From Utricularia gibba (Eukaryota; Plantae; Magnoliophyta): DNA of 64,000 nucleotides. Where the stretch lies: contig CM007992.1 of NCBI GenBank assembly GCA_002189035.1, forward strand, positions 3,162,001-3,226,000, in the 5' to 3' direction. Position numbers and translations under genes: made by a program. Shown here one piece after another: positions 37,946 through 51,489 of the stretch (within the stretch, counting starts at the first letter, position 1; every line of letters begins with the position of its first letter). The notes below the pieces were generated by a model. It saw nothing but the letters and a program-made list of their open reading frames with translations, ran no database searches and was not told the DNA's origin.

Positions 37946-39342
37946 TTAATGCGTGGAGTGACGCAGGCTAGAAACAAAGGCTTGGATATTGGCTTCTGAA
38001 GTCCCGCCGTCGTCCATGGCTGCCCTCGCCATCTCCTTCCACTTGCCGGCATTCTTCTTCACCTCCTCCCCCTTCTCCCCTTCCGTCACCTCCCTTATGC
38101 ACCTCTCGATCGTCTCCCGGCTGACGACTTCGTTCTCCGGCGCCCACGCCCTCACTCCCGTCCTCCAAACATCCGCCACGAACTTTGAATTCGTCGGCTG
38201 GTCGCTCCACTGAGGAATCGCCACCATCGGAACCCCCAAGCTCAGTGCCTCCAACGTCGAGTTCCACCCGCAGTGCGTGACGAAGCATGACACGGCACTG
38301 TGGGCCAGCACCTCCAGCTGTGGCGACCATGACACGATCAGTCGCCGGTCGTCGTCTTCCTCTGAGATGAAATCGTCTGGAAGTTTACTCAATTCCGATG
38401 CCCTGACCACCCATAAGAACGGCTTCCCGCTTAGCTTCAGTCCCCAGGCCAGCTCCTCCATCTGTTTCTCGTTGATCTTCGCGAAGCTCCCGAAGGAAGC
38501 GTAGACCACGGATCCTGGGTTTTGACGGTCGAGCCACTCCGTGCAAACGGCGGCGTCCGGCCGGAAAACGTTGAACCCGTACTCTGCGTCTTCCGGCATC
38601 CGCCTGTCTAAGTACACCGACGGAATCGTCGGCCCGATAGCCCTCATGGGTGCAGTAGTCCCTTCGACATGGTGTCTATCACCTCTTTCTCCAACTCGTA
38701 GAAAGTGTTGGAGAAGATCCAGGAAACGCCGTCGAGATGCCCGAACTGATCCGTCGAGGAGGACTGGATCGAGTTATAGGAACCGGTACCCGACCCGCAT
38801 TCGACCAAAATCGTAGGCATATCCTGGATCCGCAGCAGGGGCAATCCATCCACGACGATTTCGCTTTCTTGCGAAAGGGGTAGCTCTAGAAGCCCTCGGC
38901 GCACACAGTCGTAGATGTAATCCACAGCGCACGACTGCGTGAAAAACGCCGCCGTTTCAATGCCCGACTCCTTCCCCAGATCGGGAACCCAGGTGAGGAA
39001 GGAATCGTAGACGATGCAATCCGGCCGGCGCCCCGAGTCGACGAGGCTCTGGATGACTTGGATCAACGATTCGCGGCCGAATTTGTCGAAAAAAGGTATG
39101 TACTCTTCGAGTTTGAGTTTGGAGCGGGCGGTGTCGTCGAGGCTATCGGAGATGGTTTCGACGCCGATGGTGGAGGAGGAGAATGGGGTGGACTTGGCCA
39201 TGGATTGGGTCAAGATTAGGGTGACGCGAAGTCCCTTGTGGACTAACCTTTTCGCGAATTCCAGCATGGGATTGATGTGGCCTTGCATGGGGAAGGGAAG
39301 GATTAAGCAATGGGGCGTCGTTGTGCTCTTCGCGTCCGCCAT
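37946..39342 (-). CDS. UGT74-like: UDP-glucosyltransferase, UGT74-like (group L), intronless, split by a 1-bp frameshift at about 38648
   Basis: HCLILPFPMQGHINPM, DCIVYDSFLTW, AFFTQSCAV, FSNTFYELEKE, RAIGPTIPSVYLDRR, YASFGS, and a full PSPG box WSPQLEVLAH...HCGWNSTLEALSLGVP...QWSDQ. The two ORFs overlap at 38644-38647. Confidence 0.88.
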
Positions 39343-39673
39343 TATTGTAAGCTTGAGCTCGCACCGTCCTCCCCCTTCCCTTCTCTGCTTCCCCTCTTTA
39401 TCCTCGTTGGAGGGTCCTATGATGGCTGGAGCGAAGCGGCCGTCATAGAGACACGCGGGACACGTAAACGCTGGTTATTGGTCAATGCTGCACGAACATA
39501 TTAGTGGGCGTGTACTTGCACGTAGACAAGATCTGCAATCACCGCTATACTACATACAAAATTTAAATATTATTAAAATAATTCCACTTGAAGTCTTTTT
39601 TATATTAATTAATAACTTACTGTTATAAGAAATTTAATATTTCTGTTTTTTTATATTTTGAGAAAAATGGTCA

Positions 39674-39717
39674 TAAATAAATAGCACGTGACGGGTCTCG
39701 TCAAAGCTATTTATTTA
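39674..39717. promoter_or_regulatory. Palindromic element with a G-box and inverted TGACG pair upstream of the UGT
   Basis: TAAATAAATAGC...GCTATTTATTTA arms; CACGTG at 39685-39690, TGACG at 39689-39693, CGTCA at 39699-39703. Confidence 0.45.
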
Positions 39718-42468
39718 CTGTCACTAGGTTAATTGGAAAATATGTCTAGTCACTTGCACGTGCCCAACTCAGCAGTCAGTTGTCTTTTATCTTTCATTTT
39801 TATTTATTAATATTCGAAAAAAATGTGACAGAAAGCGATCCTCTCGCAGCCTAAATTGGGGGGATTCCGTTTAAATGTATGATTTTTTTTTATAGAAAAT
39901 TTTAAAATATTAACTTTAAATAATTATTTTTAGATATTATATAATTCACGACAACAAGAATAAAACAAAACATGTCAGATTTATAATAGTATCAATTGGC
40001 ATAAATCAGTGTCAAATAATATTAAATTTCATATATGGTGATTAGTTAATAACGTATTACCAATCTTAATATAGAAATTATTGGAATGGTATTGGATGAA
40101 TTATAGGATAGTATACTATGTTCACATTGGAATTAATAAAAAATATTAATATAATCATAGTTTTTTATAAGAGTATGTCACAATATCCTTCCAAATGAGA
40201 TCCCATTTCTTTGCATATTTTATGATTTTTATTTTTCTTTGCAAAATTTTTTGGCCAATCACATCCCATGAAAAACATATGTTTTACATTTTGTTCAAAA
40301 TTCATGCATATGAGTTTATTAGAAAAGTGATTATTTTCTTATGTTTGTCTGAAAACCATTTTATACCTAGTGGCACATAAAACAAAACCACGACGTCAAA
40401 TAAAAAATAGAGATAAAGATGTGTGTTGGTTACGGGATTTGAATATATTGAAAAATATATGAATGGGATAAAAGATATTTGGTTGAAAATTAGAAGTAGA
40501 ATGATAAACTTTTTTATTTATATGAAAATATAATTATATTCTTCTTATTATTTTTATATAAGTAATAGAAAAGGACTGAATGAATGATTAAAATGTCAAA
40601 TGGAAATTAAGAAATGCGAATCTCACTTATTTGGATATCTTAAAATTGAAAAATATCCAATCTCATTTTAAATCCTGAATAAAATTTATTCAACTTGTAT
40701 CTACAAGATATTATAAATATATATGTATATATATATATATATATATATCTATTAATTGAATGCCAAAGCAATTGGATAAGACATTACCATTCCTCATGAA
40801 ATGATTGTGTGGTCCATTTCACAGAGGTAAATGAATGACTCTTCCCTATCTATTATTCTCTAGATATGACAAAAATAAAAAAGCCCATCATCTTTTTTTG
40901 TGTTTGAGAGCACACTACCAAGAAACCTTCACAAGTTGTCTTAGATTGAGAATATTCCAAAGGTGCAATAGGATGCCTTTTGACGACGTTGACGTAATTG
41001 CTTTCGAGAGCGATTCACATGATCGCCATCGTGCGTCAATTTTATTCGCATCTATTTATTGTTACAATCTAATTCCACCATCTTCCCACTAATTCAAGAA
41101 TCATTTAAAAATCTAATCACCATTTATTTCTTTCTTACAAATACAATTTTTTTTTCATTGAGATAGATGTGAGATCATGGGGTATTTCACATTAATTATG
41201 AACGGAAGAAAAGATATGATTAAATAGAAAGACTTTGTTAATCTTATATAAACTTTTTCTCAAAAATGAAAAAAAACCTAAAATCATGAAAGTTGAATGT
41301 ACGAAATAAATAATATTTTACAAGTAGATGGTATATCATGATAATAGGTTATTTAAAAAAATAACAATTCATACATTTTCTCATATATTTCGTTAAAAAA
41401 ATTGTATTATGGGTGATTATTTTTTTCAAACAATATCTGACATATAGTTACATTTCTAATTCATCTCATTGAGATTGATCATTTTTCTCACATATTTAAT
41501 CAAGAATAACTACTTTTATCATAATCATTTCCCGATCATCATGATGCATTTTAACTGTATAACCCGTCTTCGAATTCTTGTACCATTTATTTATGGAGTT
41601 TAAATTAAGTAATATTAAAATCACTACTACCGTCCACTTTCTAATAACCTTTTTCCCCGGAAGCTGTTTTGAGCAGCCAATCAAGAAAAAGGGCGAGACC
41701 GTTCACACGCTACACAGGTTGGGCACCTCAATTTTCTAAAATTAATAAATAATATTTCGAATTTGTTTATGACACGTGCAAAAATTTCAGATACCTTTTT
41801 GTTTTTATCTGAAATAATTGGATCACAAACATGGGCCCCACGCTATATTCCAGGCCCAACTGTGTCAGCCCATTTTTCGAAGTGTTCAACCCGGCCCAAT
41901 TCAATAATGTTTTTAAAAATTCTTATCTCACATGAATTTTCTTAATCAATTAAATTTAGATTTTTTTTCATTTATTTTAAATAATATTTACGAAATTTAT
42001 GTTAAATATATATTTTTAATTTTAACCTAAACGTGTGTTTATATTAATTTAAATATATTATCGTGTAATTTTTATTGTGTAATTTTATTTTATTTAATTT
42101 TTTATTTTGGTAATCTGGTACGGGTGCCCACCGACTACAACCGCCGTGTCGGGAATTCGATGGCGTTGGATGAGGTTAAAAAATGAATTAGAGTCGCGGA
42201 GGGGATAAAAGATATTCCAACAAGGGAGTGAAAAGGGCGCTGAGTTGCTGGAGATCTACGCCGCTCTCCATTTCATTTTCCCGGAATGCTATGCTGCTAT
42301 ACTTGGATCAGGTGGGGGGAATCTCTTTTGATCTTCAATTCGTTTTGACTGTGTCTGGCGCAGTTCTTGTTGTCTTGTTTGGGCGTTTTTCTGTTTAACT
42401 GTTGAATTATTATTGGGATTCATAGTGGCGATTTGGTGGAATTTTGAGAGTGGACTACACCTAATTGG

Positions 42469-45400
42469 ATGGAGAAGAATAAGAACCGCGACGAGTTGCT
42501 CGCGGCTGGTCGGAAAAAGGTGATCTGAATCTGTATAGTATTCGGTGATCATCACTTGTTATTTTTTTCACTGAATCAAGGGGTAAAGATTTTTCTTTTT
42601 CTAGTTCGAATGAGAATGTCTTGATATGGGTGTACTCCTAGCTAATCACGGACACCCTTGGAGCTCTTTTTTCCTTTGTCGATGTCAATTACATGCACGG
42701 TTGATCTGTTGTTGACATTTTAAAACTCTCTCAGCTTCAACAATTTAGGAAGAAGAAGGATACTAAGGGCAGTGATAGTAAATCTTCTGGTAAAGATACG
42801 AAACTTGGGCGTGATACGAAGGTAGAGATTTCAAATGAAGGAGCAAGTCTTCCTGTCGATGGAGAAGGCACCAATGATGTCAAGGATGCCATTGCTATGC
42901 CTAATTCTGGTGCTGCAATGGATTCCAGAACAGCTGTCAGCGCCTCTCCTGCTGATGAAACTGGTTCCACAGGACAACCTGCAGAATTTATATTGGATCA
43001 CTCCAGGGTAGAGAAGTTTAAGACTTCTGGTGAAGAGCATGTGCCTGACTCCATGACCCCTCTAGATGTTGGCCATTCTTCTCTTGTTCCCAAGGGTGAC
43101 GCATCTATTGTAAAAGAAAAGATTTCAGAATCGATTATGCCTTTTGATGTTGATCTTTCACATGAAATGAAGCTGGGCCATGGTGCAGGACAGGTAACAG
43201 ATGTAGGTTTGTGCCTTCCTCTCGCCACTATGTCCAATTCCAGATTAGTTTATATCCGCCTCTTCTAGTGCTCTCTTAGTGGTTGGTGTTACACTTATTA
43301 CTCTTTCTTGATAGGGGCATTGCAGGAAGTTGGCGGCAGTGCAGGTTCAGTTCAAAACAAGGAGACACAACATGAAGTAGTTAATCATTGCTCTTTAAAT
43401 GATTCCACTGAAGCAGTTCAGGACGGTGAGACAACGATTTTGGAGAAAACTCCAGAAGCAGAAGTTTCAACTGAAGTTCGAATACAAGCTGGTGGGAGTA
43501 ATGATTCTTCATTATCTCCTACCTTGCCCAAGGATATTGAAGCATATGCTAAGAACATGCATTGCTCTCAGACTGTTGTTCCTTTAACTGATTCTGGGAT
43601 GCTAAATGACACACGTTTTGGATTGGTTGATCAAGACAGCGACAATGTGTGCTTTGAATCATCTATTGAATTGAAAAAGGAAATTTACCGCAGTGATGGC
43701 CATGATTTAATTCAAACCGAAGGTTGTTTGATGATTTCAGATCAGCCTAATGCAGCAGGATCTTCTGAATTGGAAGCTGATGGCAGTACACAATATTTAT
43801 CATCTAAGCTAGTAGATCTGTCACTTGTATCAGATGGGAGCTTTATCAAACTGTCTCAGCTCGCAGAAATTTTGAAAACACTAAGAGAAGAGGATATCAG
43901 TTATTTGCTGATGTCAAGAGGCTCATCACAGGGGAACATTGTGGAAGTTGGAAAACATGAAAATAGGGATGTTCTTGAGACCCTGAAAAAAGAGTTGTAT
44001 GTTACCAGTGTTTCAAAAGATGTGTTTCATTTAGAACTATCTGAGTCACAAAAGTTTGTTGATGAGATCTTTGGACTCAACACGTCGCTAGTCAAAGTTA
44101 AAGAGACCAATGAGAGGCTTGCAGAGAACATTGAGCAGCGTAATCAAGAACTTCAGCAGGCTCTATTGCACAAACATATGCTCCAGGAGGAACTTGAAAA
44201 TTCAAAAGAAAAGGCTGGGGTCTCTCTGATGAAGTTCATGAATTGCAGAATAAACTGCATGCTGCACATGAAGAAATGTCTTCCTTATCTACAGATTTCA
44301 TTAATTGCAGGAATCTAGTGGATGTACTGCGAGCTGATAATGAAGAGTTGAGTAGAAATTTGAAGGTGATGACTGAAGAGAAAGCTAATATTTCAGAAGA
44401 ATATGCCATCATTTTGCTTGAGAAGACACAAATATCAGGGGAATTGGAAAAATCCAGGACTGCTTTGGACACAATGAATGAATTGATCGCTCATGAAAGG
44501 AAACAGCTTGAGGAGAAAAGTGATTCTTTGTGTCAGGAGAATGCTAATTTGCGTGCCAACTTGGTAGGTTTTGAAGGAGCAGTGGAGGCTCTTGAAGTCG
44601 AAAAGAGACACTTAAATGATATGATGACACTAATATTAGAAGAAAGAAAGAAACTTGAAGAGGAGAAAGAATCGGTGCTGCAAACAATGGAAAATACATC
44701 AAACGAGTTGGCTGCCCACAGAGACTTAGTGGTCACACTTCGAGAAAATATTTCCATCTTAAATGAGGATGCCAAATCAATGATGGAAGATAAAAACAAG
44801 GCCCTTGAGGAGAAAGAAAAAATCTATACTGAATATGAGAAGCAATCTCATGAGCTGACTGCTATCAAATCATCAGAAGCAAGTCTCCAAACAAATTTCA
44901 CTAAGGCCATGGATGACTTGAAAGAAGTAGTAGTTCGTATGAATCAACTAACTGAAGAGAATGAGGCCCTAAATGCGGATTTGGAGTTACACAAGTTAAA
45001 ACTCAAGCAGGTTGATGTGAATAAATACTCAAATCAGTTTGAAGAAACTTCAGCTGGAGGGCCTGAAGATTACAACTATATCTCACAGAATTCTGAATCT
45101 GATATGGCACCTCCTGAGACATTGGAATCTGAATTTTTTGGTGATTATTCTGGATTTTTCCATTTAAAAAATAATTTGGAGAAAACAGAAATTTTGGTTC
45201 AACAAATAGAGAGTGAAGTTGAAGGTCTGCAAGTGCATTTGTCATCATTTAGCATGTCATTAGACCAGGTGGCCACTCCTCGAGTGTCCCGATTGATTCA
45301 AACTTTTGAGCTAAAAAGCCATACTGATGAGCAAGATTCTGAGAAACCACCGGTCTCTGATGTCCACACAGCAAGTGATTCGTACAAAAATGCCAAGTCA

Positions 45401-48400
45401 CTGATAGAAAATCTGAGAGTGGTGCTCAAGGAATTAATGTATGATGCAGAGAATGCTAGTGCATTCTTCCAATTGCAGAAGAACAAATTGCATGGTGCTG
45501 TAGGTAATGCATTCAAGGATGGGTATGATCCTCTCAACATCGAAAAGGAAAATATAGAGCATATTATTCTATATGAGACTATGCTAGGATATATTCGCTC
45601 TTCTTCTATGAAACAGGACGAACTTCTCAAGTCTCTTGATTTTGTGCGGAAGCAGGAGATGGATTTGAGGTCAGAGAACTACAATCTTGGAGAAAAATTG
45701 AGTCATTGCCATAGTACAGTTATTGAGATGCAGAACAAATTGGATTCATTCTCTAAAGAGTTCATTGAAATGGCTGATTCTTTTTCCAAACAAGTGGGAA
45801 GTCTCCAAGCAGAAGTGGGGAACAGCAAATTAAAACATGAAGAAAAATGGAATTACTTGTCTTCTAAGGTTCTTCCGAATTTAGATGTGCTTGATACTTC
45901 TATCAAGACATTTTATCCTGATGTGTGGACTTGTGGAGACAGAGATCTTGATATCACTGATCGTATTGTTTTTTCCATTGTTGGTGCCAACAATGCCATT
46001 GAGGATCTGCACAGGCAAATTGGAGATACCCACATGAACATTAAAGAAATATCAGAGAGACATGATAGGACTTTGAATGGAATGTATGCTTTGCAGGATG
46101 AAATCAATGAAATTTGGCAAAGAACAAAAGGTTTCTATTCGAATGAAACCTTTGAAAGCCTTAATCATGACAGACAGCTGGATCTTCAAAATCCTGATGC
46201 TCACCTTTTGCTTTTGGACCGTGTTAGAGAAATTTTCACCGAGAGGTTGAAGTCAGAGGCCGAACACAAACAGTTAATTGCAGAGTTTGTGACTAGAGTG
46301 AGGCAGCTTGAGGACATGGAAAACACTTGTCTTAAGGCAGATGCCATTATGAAGTTAATTGAAGAGATAGAGGAATTTGCTAAGATGGAGGTGGAAAAGA
46401 CTGTTGCAAAACCTGCGTTGTACCTGGAGTCAATTGTTCGTTTACTTATCCAGAGATGCAGGGAAGCTGACCAGCGTCTGCATTTATTTGATGTTTTGCA
46501 AGTGGAAGCAGAACAGCAATGTACCTTGGTTCTGTATTATGAAATTAAAAACCTTGTGCTTGAGCATTGTCTGAGGAATGCTCAGGATAGGTTCACCACT
46601 CTTAATTCTGAAGTTCAAGAAAATTTCGCTGAACTTGAACAATCTGAGCAGCGAGTTTCCTCCCTTCGAGAAAAACTGGGCATTGCTGTGACAAAGGGAA
46701 AAGGTCTTATTTTGCAACGTGATAACCTTAAACATTCCTTAGCTGAGAATTCCAAAGAGCTTGAGAAACTATCTCTAGAGTTGCAATCCAAAGATGAAAG
46801 GATTTATGAACTTGAAACAAAGATAAAAGACTACTCAGAGGCAGGTGAGCGCATGGAAGCACTAGAATCTGAGCTGTCATACATTCGTAATTCTGCTACT
46901 GTGCTAAGAGAGTCATTTCTTTTAAAAGACTCTATCCTTCAGAGGATAGAAGAGATTCTGGAAGATCTGGAATTGCCTGATCATTTTCATTCTAGAGACA
47001 CAATTGAAAAAATAGACTGGTTATGCAAGTCTGTTGGGGGTAATACTTCGCTTCTTGGTGGTGATTGGGATCAGAGGAGCATGGCGGAGGGAGGGTCACA
47101 TAATGATTCAGGATTTGTACACGTAACCCCAAAGGAAGAAGCAGATCCTAACACTGATTCTGTTGATGAACTTAGAAGATCTGAAGAGTTGAAGATTAAA
47201 CTGTATGGCTTGGCTGAGCAGAATGAGATGCTCGAGCAGGCATTAATGGAAAGGAACAACCTTGTACAGCGCTGGGAAGAAATTCTGGACAGAGTTGACA
47301 TGCCTTCTCACTTGAGATCTGTAGAACCTCAAGATAAGTTTCAGTGGCTGGCAAACTCATTGGCTGAGGCTCAGAGCTATTCTGTTTCTCTCCAGCAGAA
47401 GGTTGAAAACTTGGAAAATCTCTGCAGATCTCTTAGTGCAGATACAAATGATTTCCAAAGAAAAGCATCTGAGTTTCAGACGGCCTTCCAGAAAGCTTGC
47501 CATGAGAAAGAAATCATGGCAAGGGATATGGAGATACTACACATTGACAACAATGTCAGCTTGAAGAACGTGTCTGCTCTTAACACTAAAATCAGTGATC
47601 TTGATGCTGAATTGAGTGTGCTGCAGGACCAGAAAATTCAAATGGAGAGTGATATCCTTCATGCCAATGATTCAATCAGAAGACTGGAGGAACTGAATGG
47701 AGATCTCAAAAATAGCAATGAGAGTATGAAGAATGAAATAGTCAAACTACAACATCAGAGACTTGATATGGAAGAGAACATTCAGTTTACTGAAGATACG
47801 ATCAGAAGACTACATGAATTGGTTAGTGATGCTCTTCAAGATTCATATAGAGGCGACCTGTTTGGTCAGGAAGCTGTTAAGTCGTTAGATGGACTCCTGA
47901 ATAAGCTCATTCAGAGATATAAAGAAGTCTGCTTCATCAAGACTGCTGATTCTGATGTTGATTCACAAAAAACTACAAGTGGTCATGACACCCTTGCAAA
48001 GGAAATGGAAGATTCTTTGAGTGAGTTGATGCAACTGAGGGAGGAAAATGACAAGCATATGGCGAATTATCAGTCCTCAGTTAGGAAAGTGGAAGAACTG
48101 GAAATAAAAAATAGAGAGTTGCAAGATCAACTTAACGAAGAACAGAAATCAGTTTCTTCCTTGAGAGAGAAGTTAAATATTGCTGTCAGAAAGGGAAAGT
48201 CCTTGGTGCAACAGCGCGATTCTATGAAGCAAGTGATAGAGCAGCTAAATCTTGAGGTTGAGGGGTTAAAATCAGAGAATGAGAATATTAGAAAATCTAT
48301 GTCTATGAAAGAGGAACAAGCTCAGAGCTTCTCCATTATCCAAGAAAGCTTAAGAGCTGTGGAATCTGAAAATAACTTACTCAAGGATAGATTATCACTC

Positions 48401-51400
48401 ACTGAGCATATGTTGCAGGAAAAAGAGGGTAGCTGGAGTATTTTTGTCAGTACTTTGGACAATATTGGTGGTGGATTTGTAATTAATACAGGAAATCCGA
48501 TCGACAAGTTACAGGAAGTTGGTAAGTATGTAGTTGACCTACGCAACAGCTTGGATTTATCGGAACAAGAATCAAGGAAGTCAAGAAGAGCTGCAGAACT
48601 GTTGCTTGCTGAACTAAACGAAGTTCAAGAAAGAAATGATGCCATCCAGGAGGAGCTAGAAAACACTGCTCATGAGCTCTCTGTGCTTTCGAGTGAAAAA
48701 GATTTGGTGGAAAGGGCAAAAGGGGATGCTCTTGCTCATGTTGATAAGCTGTCACGTTTGCATTCTGAAGAAAGAGACAAGTTATTATCTGAAATTATGA
48801 TGTTAAAATCGGTTATTGACAACATGAGGGAGGACTATTCCTCCATAACTAGAGAATTTCGTGATATCTTTTCCAGATATATGGTGGTATTGCAGTCTTT
48901 CAAGTCGGCAATGATATCAATTTTGCAGTCGGGGGATACTCCTGAGATAGCTTCTTTTTCTACTCCTCGCTTCATTAGTGGTGTTATGACTTGGAAGTCC
49001 GAAAGTGAGGTAAAAAGCTTTATTTTCATTCTGCTTCTTTAAGCTTTTGTCACATTAATAGCAATTATTATTTCTGAGCATGGTTACTGGAAAAAGCTGG
49101 TTCGCGTCTGGGGTTCTTTCATGTTTTCTTCAGCTTAGATTGTGTTGTGTCATGCATATGTGACATAAAAAAAACCAATTTTTGGATGATAGAATTGCAT
49201 TTCGGGCAGTAAAGTAATGCAACTGGTGAAGTGAATTTTTTTAAAAGTGAGATCACAGGGGTTCTTTTGGCCCGGACTATCATTAGATATTTGCATATTT
49301 CGATGTCCAAACCTAATTTACTTTTTCAATTTTAGATTTTTGTTATGGAATTGTCTTCACTTTGGGAGGAGCTTTGTAATCACTCACATATTCTGCAAGA
49401 AGAAACTTCTCTGCTGTCTGAACTCGTGATGGAAGTTCACCATGAATATATTTCCCAGAAGAAACATTCTGAATCCATTAAGGCTGACTTCAAGAAACTC
49501 GAATTGGCATCGAAAGAGAGAGAAACAGAACTACATAGTTTGCGAGAACAATTTGCTTCGCTTCATGAAACATGTTCTACTGCAATTTCCGAGATAGAAA
49601 ATTGGAAGGGCCTCAATACTGGAAATGTTCCTTCTTTTGAAGTTGCTGATAGGCAATTGGAGGGACGGGCACTTTTGTTAGGGGATACTGTAAATGAAGG
49701 CTTGGTTGGTGTGCATGACAGATTGTTGCTTGGCATAAGGGATCTCATTGGCATGCAAGATGCGCTTTTGGAAGTTGGTCTGAGGGAAATGAAGACTAGA
49801 ATACAAGATTTACAAAAAGAGCTTCACGAAAAGGGCATCCAAAAAGACAGAATTTCCATGGAGTTTGTAGAACAGATAAGGGAAGCTGAAACTAATGCAA
49901 AAAATTACAGGCATGAACTTCAGCAAGCAAAGGAGCAAATACGTGAGTCACAAACACAAACAGAAGCGATGGTTGAGGAGTGCAATTTATTGAAAAACAA
50001 AATTGAAGATCATGAAATTCACTCCTCAAATTTGCAGCAAGAAATTAATTCCATGAAAGATACTCTTGCATCCAAAGTACAAGGTAACTTTGTCATAAGA
50101 TTGTGTTTTATATTGCATTGGTTATGGTCTTAGAATGGTCAAGAAATTTGGTTTTTTTTTTAATTTTTTGCAGAAACTGATGAACTCATGCAAGCTTTAT
50201 ATGAACAAGATGCTGAAATGGAAGGTCTGACTAGCAAAGTGGCTGTCTTGGAAAATGAATTACAGCAAAAGAGTAAGGAATTGGAGAACATTGAATCTTC
50301 TCGGACAAAGGTGTTGAAGAAACTTTCTGTTACTGTGAGCAAGTTTGATGAACTTCATTTTTTGTCTGAAAGTCTCTTGTCCGAAGTTGAGAGGCTTCAA
50401 TGTCAACTACAAGAGCGAGATGAAGAAATTTCTTTTCTAAGACGAGAGATTACTAGATGCACTGATGATACGCTGTCAATTACCAAGATGAGCAAGAAGA
50501 ATCATTCTGATGAAATTTTTGAATTTGTTACTTGGTTGAATTCCTTGATTTCTTATGGGGAGGTTCAAGAAAGTGCAGGTGATAACTTGAAAGCTGAACT
50601 AAGTGATGAGTATAAAGAACTACTGCAGAGAAAAATTCTAGATTTGATATCTGAGATGGAGAATCTTCGAGCAGCAGCTAGAAACTCTGATATACTATTG
50701 CATGAAGAGAGAAATAAGGCAGAAGAGTTGGCCCGAAAAGAAGAACATCTTAGGAATTGTCTTCGAGAAAAGGAGTCTCAACTAATCATGCTTCAGGATG
50801 CTCGAAGTGTTGAAAATACCATGGAAGCTCCAATATCTCCCTCAGAGATTGTCAAGGTTGAGCAGAAGGTGTGTTTTTGTTCACGTCCATATTTTGAATC
50901 CATGATTGTTTTGCAAAATTCTTTGTGCTGAATAACAATGTAGGCTGTAGTTATTATGTTTTTTTTTTCACTCATGTTCTGATGTAGAAAAACAAGTGGA
51001 TCCCTCCTGGTGCCATAGGGCATCAAGTTCGCAGTTTGCGAAAAGCAAATAATGATCAAGTAGTCATTGCAATAGATACAGATCCTGGTAGAGACAGGTT
51101 GGAGGATGAGGATGATGATGATAAGGGTATGTATTCTTGTATTAACCTGATGACATTATAATTTCAGTTATTTTTTTGAGGGAAGGCTTACCATTTTTTA
51201 TCTTCCATCTTCTCCTTTTATTCTATCCAGCCCATGGTTTCAAGTCGCTCACTGCATCCAAATTTGTCCCTCGATTCACTAGACCAATTTCGGACGTTGT
51301 CGATGGCTTGTGGTATGTATACAAAATTAGATTTTATCTTACACCTTTCATAACTTCTGAACGGTTTATATACATAATATCATCAGGATGTCCTGTGATC

Positions 51401-51489
51401 GTGCACTTATGCGAAGACCAGCACTACGGCTTATTGTCATATTTTACTGGGCTGTGGTGCACGCACTTCTTGCAGCTTATGTTATCTGA
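42469..51489 (+). CDS. Very large coiled-coil, C-terminally anchored golgin-like protein (TNO1/At4g31570-like); apparent 1-bp deletion at about 44217-44220
   Basis: N-terminus MEKNKNRDELLAAGRKK|LQQFRKKK. Repeated SLREKLxIAVxKGKxLxxQRD motifs. C-terminus DDDKAHGFKSLTASKFVPRFTRPISDVVDGLWMSCDRALMRRPALRLIVIFYWAVVHALLAAYVI* with a terminal TM helix. Confidence 0.85.

Noticed and set aside
37752-44220. Programmed ribosomal frameshifting in ARA1, the UGT and the coiled-coil gene
   Set aside because: No X_XXY_YYZ slippery heptamer or evident downstream structure at the sites; a homopolymer error explains all three more simply.
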